Virus record (IMG/VR): IMGVR_UViG_3300027969_000050 | Coordinates: 32,001 to 96,000 of that record | Origin: a virus | Strand: one strand, 5' to 3' | Length of the DNA: 64,000 bases | Part shown: positions 1-9,425 of the stretch, in pieces | Position numbering within the stretch: position 1 is the stretch's first letter | How the letters are laid out: each line of letters opens with the position of its first letter | The notes under the pieces: generated by a model | Databases searched by the model: none | What the model saw: only the letters and a program-made list of their open reading frames with translations | What the model was told of the DNA's origin: nothing | Position numbers and translations under genes: made by a program

Positions 1-68
1 TGCTCGCTCGATCTTTTTCGAGATTGGTGAGCTGATCGATTAGCTGATTGTATTCCTCAACCTCTTGG

Positions 69-1127
69 TTAAGCTTGTCTTGAAGGCTCATAGTTCCTTT
101 CGAATGGTGGAGTCTTGGTTTCATCATACCAGCCGTCCTCGGCCAGAGTCTGCAAATGCTTGAAGTAATAATCGTACTGGGGTCCGATCGCGTCCAGAGA
201 CCAAGTTGCTTGGGCGTGCTTGCGGATAGCTTTCTTGTCTAGCTTGTCGGCGTTCTCTACAGCCCACATGAACTCGCCAAGACGATGGCAGCGATAACCG
301 CTGACGCCCTGCTCAACAGTCTCAGTAAACGCGCCCCAGTCAGTTGACACAACAGGAGTTCCACAAAGCTGAGCCTCAACGGCAATACAACCAAATGGCT
401 CAATATAAGTCGTAGGACAGATCAGGGCATGAGCGCCAGCCATAAGCTCGCCTCGCTCCTCAGGACCAACATTGCCAAGAGCCTCACCATAGTCAGGAAT
501 CCAATCTCCGGCCCCAGCGAGCTTAAGGGGCATGTCAAGCCTCTTTGCTGTCTCCGTGACGATCTCAATGCCCTTACGCTGCGTCAGGCGGCCAACGTAC
601 AGGAGATAGTCTCCGCCAGTAGCCTCTGGGAAATCCTCAGGCTCGAAATAGGCAGGAATGACGGCATCGTAAAACGAACCGTCCGCCGAGTTGCTTCCCC
701 GCTGCTGGCCATAGCAAGTATGTTGCCAAGCTCGAGATTCAAAAACCTTATACGGAGCGAAGCAACCTCCGTAACCGATTCCGTATTCAACCGGATACAG
801 GTCAGGAAAAGCGTTCATCAAAGAGGTCTGGCAGTTGCCTCCCATTAATCCGAGAACATCGTCCTTTTCGCAGCGCGCACGGATCTCTTTGATTGCAGCG
901 TCATTGAAAGGTTGCCAACCCTCCTGAGTGAACGGAGGAGGATCGCAGGACGGATAGCAAACCACATGCTCGCCATCGTGGGCGTATTCCTCATCACCAT
1001 AGATGATTACCTCGTGTCCAAGGGGAGTCATCATGTCAGCGAACTTGCGGACCTTCTGAGTAAAAGCGCAAACGCTGTTCTCTTTAGTTACTGGCTGTCC
1101 GGGAAGTGCCGCTAGATGAAATCTCAT
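69..1127 (-). CDS. GT-B fold glycosyltransferase (GT4-like)
   Basis: 352-aa ORF with LLYVGRLTQRKG and EPFGCIAVEAQLCGTPVVSTDWGAFTETVEQGVSG (GT4 E-x7-E motif). Confidence 0.9.
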   Translation of the reverse strand: MRFHLAALPGQPVTKENSVCAFTQKVRKFADMMTPLGHEVIIYGDEEYAHDGEHVVCYPSCDPPPFTQEGWQPFNDAAIKEIRARCEKDDVLGLMGGNCQTSLMNAFPDLYPVEYGIGYGGCFAPYKVFESRAWQHTCYGQQRGSNSADGSFYDAVIPAYFEPEDFPEATGGDYLLYVGRLTQRKGIEIVTETAKRLDMPLKLAGAGDWIPDYGEALGNVGPEERGELMAGAHALICPTTYIEPFGCIAVEAQLCGTPVVSTDWGAFTETVEQGVSGYRCHRLGEFMWAVENADKLDKKAIRKHAQATWSLDAIGPQYDYYFKHLQTLAEDGWYDETKTPPFERNYEPSRQA

Positions 1128-1269
1128 CCTGACTTGTTGCCCAGATAGATCTGGAGGTTTCTGTCTCGCAGGTCTTTGCGATTTCTTCTTGCTTTGGCAT
1201 CGCTTCGAGCAAAAATAAGGAACGAGATCGCTTGGGTGGTATACAAGAATGGAAGTATCAACTTATTCA

Positions 1270-1878
1270 TTATGACCTTTCAGGGAAAAGAGTTTCCAGA
1301 CCAATCTCTTGCCTCGCCTCAGTTCTCCAAGCCGGTTCGTCTTCTGGTTTGGCTCCATCAAATCTCCACTGGAAAAGCTCTGCCATTCTAGAATTGGGAT
1401 CTTTTAAACTTGCAAAAAGTGTAATCTCATCGTTTGCTATTTCGCCCTTTTCAAAGCCTGTGAGAAGAAAACGACCATAAGAACTTTCTTCATTTGGAAG
1501 GAAAATCTTCATGTCGTCAACATAAGTTGCAGCAAAGGTCTTCATTTCTTGAGAGGCAAGATTTTTTATTGGAGCGTCTGAAGTTCGATCACAAAGTCCA
1601 CTTCCCCAAATCATTAGCACCTTGCCGTCTTCTTGTTTTTGAAAATATAGTTCTTGATTACCTGATTCCCAAACTACAGCTATTCTTGCCCATACTCCCG
1701 GCCCCGGCCAAGCATCATAATTAACTTGATCTCTTGGAAGGTCTATATTGTCAAGAGTGATAATTTCTGGATTCTTATACTCCCAATTTGAGTAAAAAAG
1801 AATTGTTTTATCAGAAATCTTGAAAGCTTGATCTAGAGATTCAGTTGCACCCTCGCCAAGCAAATCGTCAAGGTTCAT
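1270..1878 (-). CDS. hypothetical protein (AT-rich gene)
   Basis: 202-aa ORF starting 2 nt after the stop of 1881..2147; no family recognised. Confidence 0.7.
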   Translation of the reverse strand: MNLDDLLGEGATESLDQAFKISDKTILFYSNWEYKNPEIITLDNIDLPRDQVNYDAWPGPGVWARIAVVWESGNQELYFQKQEDGKVLMIWGSGLCDRTSDAPIKNLASQEMKTFAATYVDDMKIFLPNEESSYGRFLLTGFEKGEIANDEITLFASLKDPNSRMAELFQWRFDGAKPEDEPAWRTEARQEIGLETLFPERS

Positions 1879-1880
1879 CT

Positions 1881-2147
1881 TTAAACCTCTTCAACTTTAA
1901 TAATCATTTTAACTTCTCTATCGGGATTAGGCTTTACGTAAACAGTGTGATCCATCACGCTTTCAAAATTCAGAGTGAGACGATTAGACCAAAGCTCTTT
2001 ATCAGTCGAAATCTCTCCGCCGTCGCCAATAACATAAGCTTCTTCGCTACCTCTAATGATTAGCATTAAAGGCTCAAGGAAACCACCGACAGTTACCTCG
2101 TTTTGCGCTACTAAAACTCTCGACTCTCCATCAAAAATATGATACAT
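1881..2147 (-). CDS. hypothetical protein
   Basis: 88-aa ORF with AAGGA SD-like sequence, directly downstream of the tail-collar genes. Confidence 0.7.
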   Translation of the reverse strand: MYHIFDGESRVLVAQNEVTVGGFLEPLMLIIRGSEEAYVIGDGGEISTDKELWSNRLTLNFESVMDHTVYVKPNPDREVKMIIKVEEV

Positions 2148-2160
2148 AAATTCCTTTGCT

Positions 2161-3216
2161 TTATAGTTTAATAATGTAGTTTAAAGCTATTTCAGGCTGA
2201 ACATTTGTGTGCGCTGAAGATGCTGCAACTTCAGTATTAGAAGTTACAGCAAGACCGTTGAGCGTTCCACCACTGAAAGATATATCAGCAGTCACAGAAG
2301 TATAATATTGATTTCCGGCTTGGTAGCCGTCTGGATGGTATAGCGCAGCGTCAGCATTTTTGGTATCGACGGTAGTTCCGGCAAACTTCTGCTGATGAGC
2401 GTGGCCTGACTGCGCCACATTTCCTCCGTGATTATGAGTTACCTGATTTACAGAATGCCTGTGATTTTTAACACCAGTTTGACCGACAGTTAAAAGATGA
2501 GAAGTAGAGCCTGACCAAGTTCCGAGTCCTCCATCGCCCTCGGTGCTTGTGACCGTAAACGAATCTATCCAGTAATACGCTGACAAACCGAAGAAGCCTG
2601 ATCTATCACTCATAGCAAATTGAGCGCCGGTTACATTTGAAGTGGGTGTCCAATCAATAGTATAGGTGTTCCAGATACCCGCAGTAAAAGTAGTAATTCC
2701 ATCTTTGAATGCCTGATTAGAAGTTGAAAAATCTCCAAAGTATCCATATAGCCAAGCATTGGCAGAAGCTCTCATCTTCCAAGCAATTGTGTAGGTCACT
2801 CCAGCAACAAAAGTTCCATTGAGGGTGGTCGCAATGCTGTCTGAAAAATCAAGAACATTGGAAGCGCCAGTATTATCCCACCTGCCTGAAGCTGGTGAAG
2901 AATCAAACACGGAAGTGTCACGAGTTATTGTGCTGGTGCTAGCAGTCCAGCCAGTTGTATTCGTATCAAAGGTAGGATTTGTAAAGGACACCTCTGTACC
3001 AGTTCGTGGTCCTACTGGAACTCTAGATCCCAGATTTGGAACAGCGAATGAAGACTGGCCGGTGCCACCATAGGTTGTTCCTATAACAGACCAAAGCTTG
3101 GCGTAATTAGAATCGTTTCCATTGTATGTAGACCCATCGCAAGAAACCCAGTTAGTAGGAATAACTGGAGAAGAATGAGGAGTAATTGTTCCCGTGGGAA
3201 AGTCAAAAACAGGCAT
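2161..3216 (-). CDS. tail-collar domain fibre protein with inserted carbohydrate-binding-like beta-sandwich
   Basis: PTGTI..WVSCDGS..LWSVIGTTYGG..FAVPNL collar motif; C-terminal H-x-H motifs and HTNVQPEIALNYIIKL; central NPTFDTNTTGW...YWIDSFTV insert resembling CBM4/9. Confidence 0.85.
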   Translation of the reverse strand: MPVFDFPTGTITPHSSPVIPTNWVSCDGSTYNGNDSNYAKLWSVIGTTYGGTGQSSFAVPNLGSRVPVGPRTGTEVSFTNPTFDTNTTGWTASTSTITRDTSVFDSSPASGRWDNTGASNVLDFSDSIATTLNGTFVAGVTYTIAWKMRASANAWLYGYFGDFSTSNQAFKDGITTFTAGIWNTYTIDWTPTSNVTGAQFAMSDRSGFFGLSAYYWIDSFTVTSTEGDGGLGTWSGSTSHLLTVGQTGVKNHRHSVNQVTHNHGGNVAQSGHAHQQKFAGTTVDTKNADAALYHPDGYQAGNQYYTSVTADISFSGGTLNGLAVTSNTEVAASSAHTNVQPEIALNYIIKL

Positions 3217-3965
3217 TATGTTTTGATGATGAAGTTTAGAACTAGAGAAGGCTGAGAGTTAGGATGAGGGTGCAAGGCGCTTGCTGATTTATATCCTACC
3301 ACGCCGAGGTTTCCAGCGCCATCTGTAATGTTTGAGCTTTCGGAGCTAATTGAATAAACAGCGTTGGCCGATCCACTGCCCGAATTACCGCCCGTATAGT
3401 AAGTACCCGGCTGACCAAAATAATCCGTGAAGTAATTAACAGGATTACTACCTGATTTAGTGTTAGGAGCAATAGACACTCCATACTGATGTCTATGATT
3501 AGTATTGGTACTTATTGGGTGCGCGCCTTGCGCAGTTCCGTGATCTGATTCTGTAATTGCGTGACTATGCAAAGGAAAACCAGATTCTGCTGCTGAAAGC
3601 GTAACCGGCGTTGCTCCTACCTGCTGGCCAATGGTTCTAGCTGTTAAAGCCGATCCGCCAGTAATTAGTCCTGTCCCTGATGTTGCTCCACCAGTTCCTG
3701 TTCCTACTCCCATAGGTGAGCGTTTGGTGAAATCTGGTAGGCGGAAATTACCCGCTGCTTCACCGCCAGTATTGAATCCGCCTGCTATTGCTGTGTTTAG
3801 TGACGGGTAAGTAGTTGCCGATACGACTGTTCCGTCACAGATCAGCCAGCCTGTAGGCGCCGATGATCCAGCATAAGAAACGATAGTTCCTGTTGGTGGA
3901 GGAATAACCTTGTAAGGTTTTTTCGCTCCAGTATTTCGATAAAAAGTAAAGGTAGATCGCTTCAT
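3216..3965 (-). CDS. phage tail-collar domain protein
   Basis: PTGTIVSYAGSSAPTGWLICDG..FRLPD; ends QPSLVLNFIIKT. Confidence 0.9.
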   Translation of the reverse strand: MKRSTFTFYRNTGAKKPYKVIPPPTGTIVSYAGSSAPTGWLICDGTVVSATTYPSLNTAIAGGFNTGGEAAGNFRLPDFTKRSPMGVGTGTGGATSGTGLITGGSALTARTIGQQVGATPVTLSAAESGFPLHSHAITESDHGTAQGAHPISTNTNHRHQYGVSIAPNTKSGSNPVNYFTDYFGQPGTYYTGGNSGSGSANAVYSISSESSNITDGAGNLGVVGYKSASALHPHPNSQPSLVLNFIIKT

Positions 3966-4663
3966 TATGTCTTAATAATAAAATTAACGACTAGGCAAGG
4001 CTTTACGTTTTGATGAGCGTCTCCTGATTGCCCTGCTTCGTCTTGAGTTGTGGTAACGCCAGACTTTCCAGCCGGAATACTTCCTCCCGGATAAGCATAT
4101 GTTGTATAAGAAAAGTAAGGGCCAGCAGTGTTGGCCATTATGATCCCTCCTGCTCCGCTCTGAGTTTTATAAGCAAAGTAAGATGAGTTAATAGTGTGGT
4201 TATGAGAACTAGAACCACTAATGCTGTGTGTATGAGCCGAGGAGCCAATCGTATGATCGTGGCTTGGCAGAGCAGATTCAGAAGTTGAAAGGGCGACAGT
4301 TTCTCTCCCCGCCCAATCACCAAGAGTTCTAGCGGCAACTGAAGTGCCGTAGGCAATAGATCCTTTTCCGCCGCTATTAATTCCAGCGCCAGCACGATTG
4401 CCTACAGGAATTCTGCCTCTTAGATCTGGTACTCGAAAATGAGTCGTTCCAGCGGCGCTGGAACCATTTGTCAGAGATCCGTAATTAGTACCAACTGCTT
4501 GATATAGATCAGGATAGCTGCCAATTGCTACTTCTTGCCCCTGACATAAAAGCCAGCCACCCGGCGCAGTAGAGGAGGCATATTGAACAATTAGTCCAGC
4601 AGTATTACGCTCTTCTTCGGTGTACTTTTCTTTGCCTGTACTAGTAAAAAATCCCCACGCCAT
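3965..4663 (-). CDS. phage tail-collar domain protein
   Basis: AGLIVQYASSTAPGGWLLCQG..FRVPDLRGRIPVG; HDH/HTH/HNH motifs; ends KPCLVVNFIIKT. Confidence 0.9.
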   Translation of the reverse strand: MAWGFFTSTGKEKYTEEERNTAGLIVQYASSTAPGGWLLCQGQEVAIGSYPDLYQAVGTNYGSLTNGSSAAGTTHFRVPDLRGRIPVGNRAGAGINSGGKGSIAYGTSVAARTLGDWAGRETVALSTSESALPSHDHTIGSSAHTHSISGSSSHNHTINSSYFAYKTQSGAGGIIMANTAGPYFSYTTYAYPGGSIPAGKSGVTTTQDEAGQSGDAHQNVKPCLVVNFIIKT

Positions 4664-5292
4664 TAGCCAACCCTAATCGGTACGACTGAAAGGCTTGCGT
4701 TGTAAAGAGTCAACGTAGTGGACCCCGCTGAGGTTTTGTAGTAGCGTTGAAGAATCACAGTGTTAGCGGTTGACATCGTGACCCTTCCAGCAGCACTCAG
4801 CCAGTACGCAACAGCCGCCGTAGTCTGCTCTAACAAACCGGTCGTAGCCTCAAGCGCGCCTGACGGCTCTGTAGCGTTTAGTTTTACACCAACTGCTAGG
4901 GTTCCCGTCGCTGTGTTGTTTAGTCCTGCCGCGTGCCGGACGTAATACTCCCCAGCGAGCGGCACCGTTACGCGAGGATCCAGCGTTGCGCTGATCTGGC
5001 TCCACGTAGATGCAGCAACACTCGCGCTTGTCGCGCCTGCTGAAGCGTGACTGATTGGCGCAGCCCCTACTACTTCCCACTTGTAACTTGATGATGATGC
5101 CGCCCGATACCTGAGAAGCCAAACGGCACCAACATCAGCCATCGAGTTAGTAGCGCCACCACCAGTACCAGCCGTAGAAGACTGGTAAAAAACCTCTTGC
5201 CCATTAACAGGAGAAGAAGGAAGCGTGGACACAAGTTCCCGGCCAGTGTTGGTCTTAAGGAAACCAGCAGGGTTATAAAAATTCCAACTCAT
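4663..5292 (-). CDS. putative tail fibre / virion appendage protein
   Basis: Ser/Thr/Ala-rich, LPSSPVNGQEVFY motif, TAATG coupling with neighbours. Confidence 0.65.
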   Translation of the reverse strand: MSWNFYNPAGFLKTNTGRELVSTLPSSPVNGQEVFYQSSTAGTGGGATNSMADVGAVWLLRYRAASSSSYKWEVVGAAPISHASAGATSASVAASTWSQISATLDPRVTVPLAGEYYVRHAAGLNNTATGTLAVGVKLNATEPSGALEATTGLLEQTTAAVAYWLSAAGRVTMSTANTVILQRYYKTSAGSTTLTLYNASLSVVPIRVG

Positions 5293-5642
5293 TATGTTAA
5301 CTGTACACCATAGACGGTCACAGTGATAGTGGCGGCTCCAGCTTGGGCGTAGATTGTCTCGCCCGCCGCCATCGTGAGCGTTCCGTCGAACTCAGCAAAG
5401 CCACTAGCATCAATTGAGACCGCAGGAAGAATTGCCGATGCGACAACATCGCCAGACATCAATGCGTCACCATGATGCCAAAGTTTAATGGTCGTCGAAT
5501 TAGTGGCGTGAGTATTGACAATCCTGATCGATTTGACAATCGCTGATGTAGCAGCCGGTACGGTATAAATGACACCAGTGGCGCTGCTTGGCAAAACCGT
5601 GTTCGCCGCCAATCCAGCTAGTTTTTTGTACGTTTCAGCCAT
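5292..5642 (-). CDS. putative virion structural protein
   Basis: IYTVPAATSAIVKSIRIVN beta-rich small protein of a type seen in tail modules. Confidence 0.65.
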   Translation of the reverse strand: MAETYKKLAGLAANTVLPSSATGVIYTVPAATSAIVKSIRIVNTHATNSTTIKLWHHGDALMSGDVVASAILPAVSIDASGFAEFDGTLTMAAGETIYAQAGAATITVTVYGVQLT

Positions 5643-5652
5643 AATCTCTTTC

Positions 5653-7053
<1,401 letters not shown>

Positions 7054-7100
7054 ACCTACCCTTTAAGGACTCGGAACAGACGCCAAGTCTAGCAAGGAGA

Positions 7101-8636
7101 CTATCCGGTTACAACTACGCGATAAGTATTGCCATCGTTATTACCGAAGGTAATGTTGACGGCGGTAGAGCTTGAAACCGAAATGTCTGGGAATACTTGA
7201 TTAACGGGAGTTCCAGAAGAGGTGTCATACACCTGAACCGTTACGTCGGTTGTGCCAAGATTGTGAGTGAAAGAAATAGGGCTTGTCGTGTTGCAGGTAA
7301 TCGCGCCAGCGATCTTCGTAGCAAGAACCGGACCGGCTCCCGAAGTGCTGCCGGACTGAGCGGCAAGGTTGGTCCTTGCGCCAGAAGCGGTGCTTGATCC
7401 CGTACCACCATCAACAACAGCGATGTCGGTGCCGTTCCAAACACCGGTTCCAATAGTACCGAGTGTCGTGATCGAGCTTTGACCGATGTAGCTAGTTGAA
7501 ATGTCAATTGCGTCGGCACTGACCGAAATTCGGTTTAATGTGCCAACTGCATCAATTGTGTTGCCGGTCTTTGTAAGACCATCACCGGCTGTAATGCTTG
7601 AGGCGCCAGTAAACTGTGTAAACGACAGGCTGGTAGTGTCAACGATGATTGGGTCGTCGGTAACTAGTACCCAACCGCTGTCGCCATAAACAGAACCTTC
7701 AGTTACCCATACTGCAAGACCGGCGGTTACTTCGGCGTCAGCATCTGCATCGGCTGAACGCGACCATGTGCTTGCGGAGGCAACGTATACGCCATTTTCC
7801 GAAGCTGTGGTTTGATTCTTAACTAAGACGCGATTTCCGGCGACAACAGATACCCCGTCAATGGTTTGAGCGCCAGAGAGGGTAATGTTGGAAGTCGTTG
7901 CGGCTCGTACCGAAGGCTTCCAGTCAATGCCTACAACAGCGGCGTCAACATACGCTTTGGTCGCGGCGTCAGTGTCTGACGTTGGAGCGGCTAGGTTGGT
8001 AATCTTTTGGCTGTTAAGGCTTACGCTTGCGCTTGGCGTACCAATTGAGCTTAATGTTACGGCTCCGGTTCCGGAGGTAACAAGCTTGCCGACCTGAATG
8101 CTGCCAGCAAGATCACCGTTTGTAATTGAACTGGCAAGGCTAAGCTTGGAGTATGCGATAGCCGCATTGGTAGCGACGTCGCTGTTCTGAATGCTGGTTG
8201 AAAGATTAAGCTTGCTGTAGGCAATGGCGGCTGATACGCCGATGTCTGCGTTTACGATGTTGCCCGTAAGGTTCAGCTTGGAGTAAGCAATTGAAGCACT
8301 TGCCGAAATGTCAGCATTGACGACACCACCTGTAAGACTGAGCTTGGAGTACGCAATGGCGGCGCTGGACGAAACATCAGCGTTAACGATGCTTCCTGAA
8401 AGACTTAGCTTCGAATAGGCGATTGCGGCGTCTGCCGCAACGTCACCATTTGAAATAGTGCCTGAGAGGACCTTTTCCCAGCCAGCTCCGTTATAAATAT
8501 AAAGCTTGTTAGCAGTCGTAGACTCAAAGTAAATTTGGCCTTTAACCGGACTGGCCGGAGCGGTTCCCGTATTTTGAATACGAGCATTGAGAAGCTCGTT
8601 CTTTGATAGGTCTACTGCTGAGAGAAATTTAGGCAT
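7101..8636 (-). CDS. tail fibre-like structural protein with tandem 22-aa repeats
   Basis: five I-x-N-x-D-x5-IAYSKL-x-L repeats, DAATKAYVD, WKPSVRAATT..RVLVKNQTTASENGVY, C-terminal THNLGTTDVTVQVYD. Confidence 0.85.
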   Translation of the reverse strand: MPKFLSAVDLSKNELLNARIQNTGTAPASPVKGQIYFESTTANKLYIYNGAGWEKVLSGTISNGDVAADAAIAYSKLSLSGSIVNADVSSSAAIAYSKLSLTGGVVNADISASASIAYSKLNLTGNIVNADIGVSAAIAYSKLNLSTSIQNSDVATNAAIAYSKLSLASSITNGDLAGSIQVGKLVTSGTGAVTLSSIGTPSASVSLNSQKITNLAAPTSDTDAATKAYVDAAVVGIDWKPSVRAATTSNITLSGAQTIDGVSVVAGNRVLVKNQTTASENGVYVASASTWSRSADADADAEVTAGLAVWVTEGSVYGDSGWVLVTDDPIIVDTTSLSFTQFTGASSITAGDGLTKTGNTIDAVGTLNRISVSADAIDISTSYIGQSSITTLGTIGTGVWNGTDIAVVDGGTGSSTASGARTNLAAQSGSTSGAGPVLATKIAGAITCNTTSPISFTHNLGTTDVTVQVYDTSSGTPVNQVFPDISVSSSTAVNITFGNNDGNTYRVVVTG

Positions 8637-8677
8637 GGTTATCTCTTAACGACTAGAGGCGCAAAATAAATAAGTGA

Positions 8678-9067
8678 CTAGTTTAAATATGCCTTGCCAG
8701 AGAACGCCGAAGAGAAAGTTAGGGTGATTTGACTCGAAGAGTTGTATTTAACGTCTCCAACAACAACGTTTCCACCCGAGTCAACAACCGTAACTGAACA
8801 AAATTTCTTCAGATTGTGATTAACTATCCAAATGTTGTTTGGCTGTCCCTCTGAGTGGACGTACTCAAACACAGCATTAGCGTCAAACTGCCCGTCTATT
8901 GCGTCAGGAGATATACTTACATAGACGGGCGTCGATTCTGTTGATAAAAGAATCGGACTTGGGTCTGTGTTTTCGAGGATGACATTGCCACCCTCAACGG
9001 AAACTGAAACCCTGTTTGTCGGGATCTCAACGACGACTTGCTCTTCGCCGGTTAGATCTCCGTTCAT
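8678..9067 (-). CDS. putative virion structural protein
   Basis: WIVNHNL..SVTVVDS..FSGKAYLN, related to the C-terminus of the 7101..8636 product. Confidence 0.7.
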   Translation of the reverse strand: MNGDLTGEEQVVVEIPTNRVSVSVEGGNVILENTDPSPILLSTESTPVYVSISPDAIDGQFDANAVFEYVHSEGQPNNIWIVNHNLKKFCSVTVVDSGGNVVVGDVKYNSSSQITLTFSSAFSGKAYLN

Positions 9068-9396
9068 ATCGAGCTTAGAACCTTGATCGTTCCAAACAGA
9101 AGGGTGTCTGTGACTCCAGCCGAGCTTGTGATTGACATCTCGTAACTAGCGCCCTTCCAAGTCAATGCGGCGGTGGTCGCTTTGGGGATCGTGAACTCAA
9201 TTAGACCAGTTGCGGTAGTGATAACGCCAGTGACCACGACGGGAGATAGGGATTTTGGCTGAATCGTAATCTTTGCCGTATAGCCGGAAAGGTCTCGATA
9301 TGACGTCCTAGAGGCGTTGGCATAAAGAGTAATTCGCTCGTAAAAAGTTGATCCCTTCCAAATAGAGAAGGAATGTTTATCTGGGATGACGGTCAC
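9064..9396 (-). CDS. putative baseplate/BppU-like adaptor protein
   Basis: IWKGSTF..DLSGYTAKITI..YEMSI..LLFGTIKV pattern; GTG start at 9396 chosen to avoid overlap with the upstream gene. Confidence 0.55.
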   Translation of the reverse strand: MTVIPDKHSFSIWKGSTFYERITLYANASRTSYRDLSGYTAKITIQPKSLSPVVVTGVITTATGLIEFTIPKATTAALTWKGASYEMSITSSAGVTDTLLFGTIKVLSSI

Positions 9397-9425
9397 AGTG
9401 ATTATGTCCTTGGTAAGGCGTACAT

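Noticed and set aside
2161-4663. Diversity-generating retroelement or invertible cassette acting on collar genes
   Set aside because: No reverse transcriptase, invertase, or near-identical TR/VR pair seen in the window
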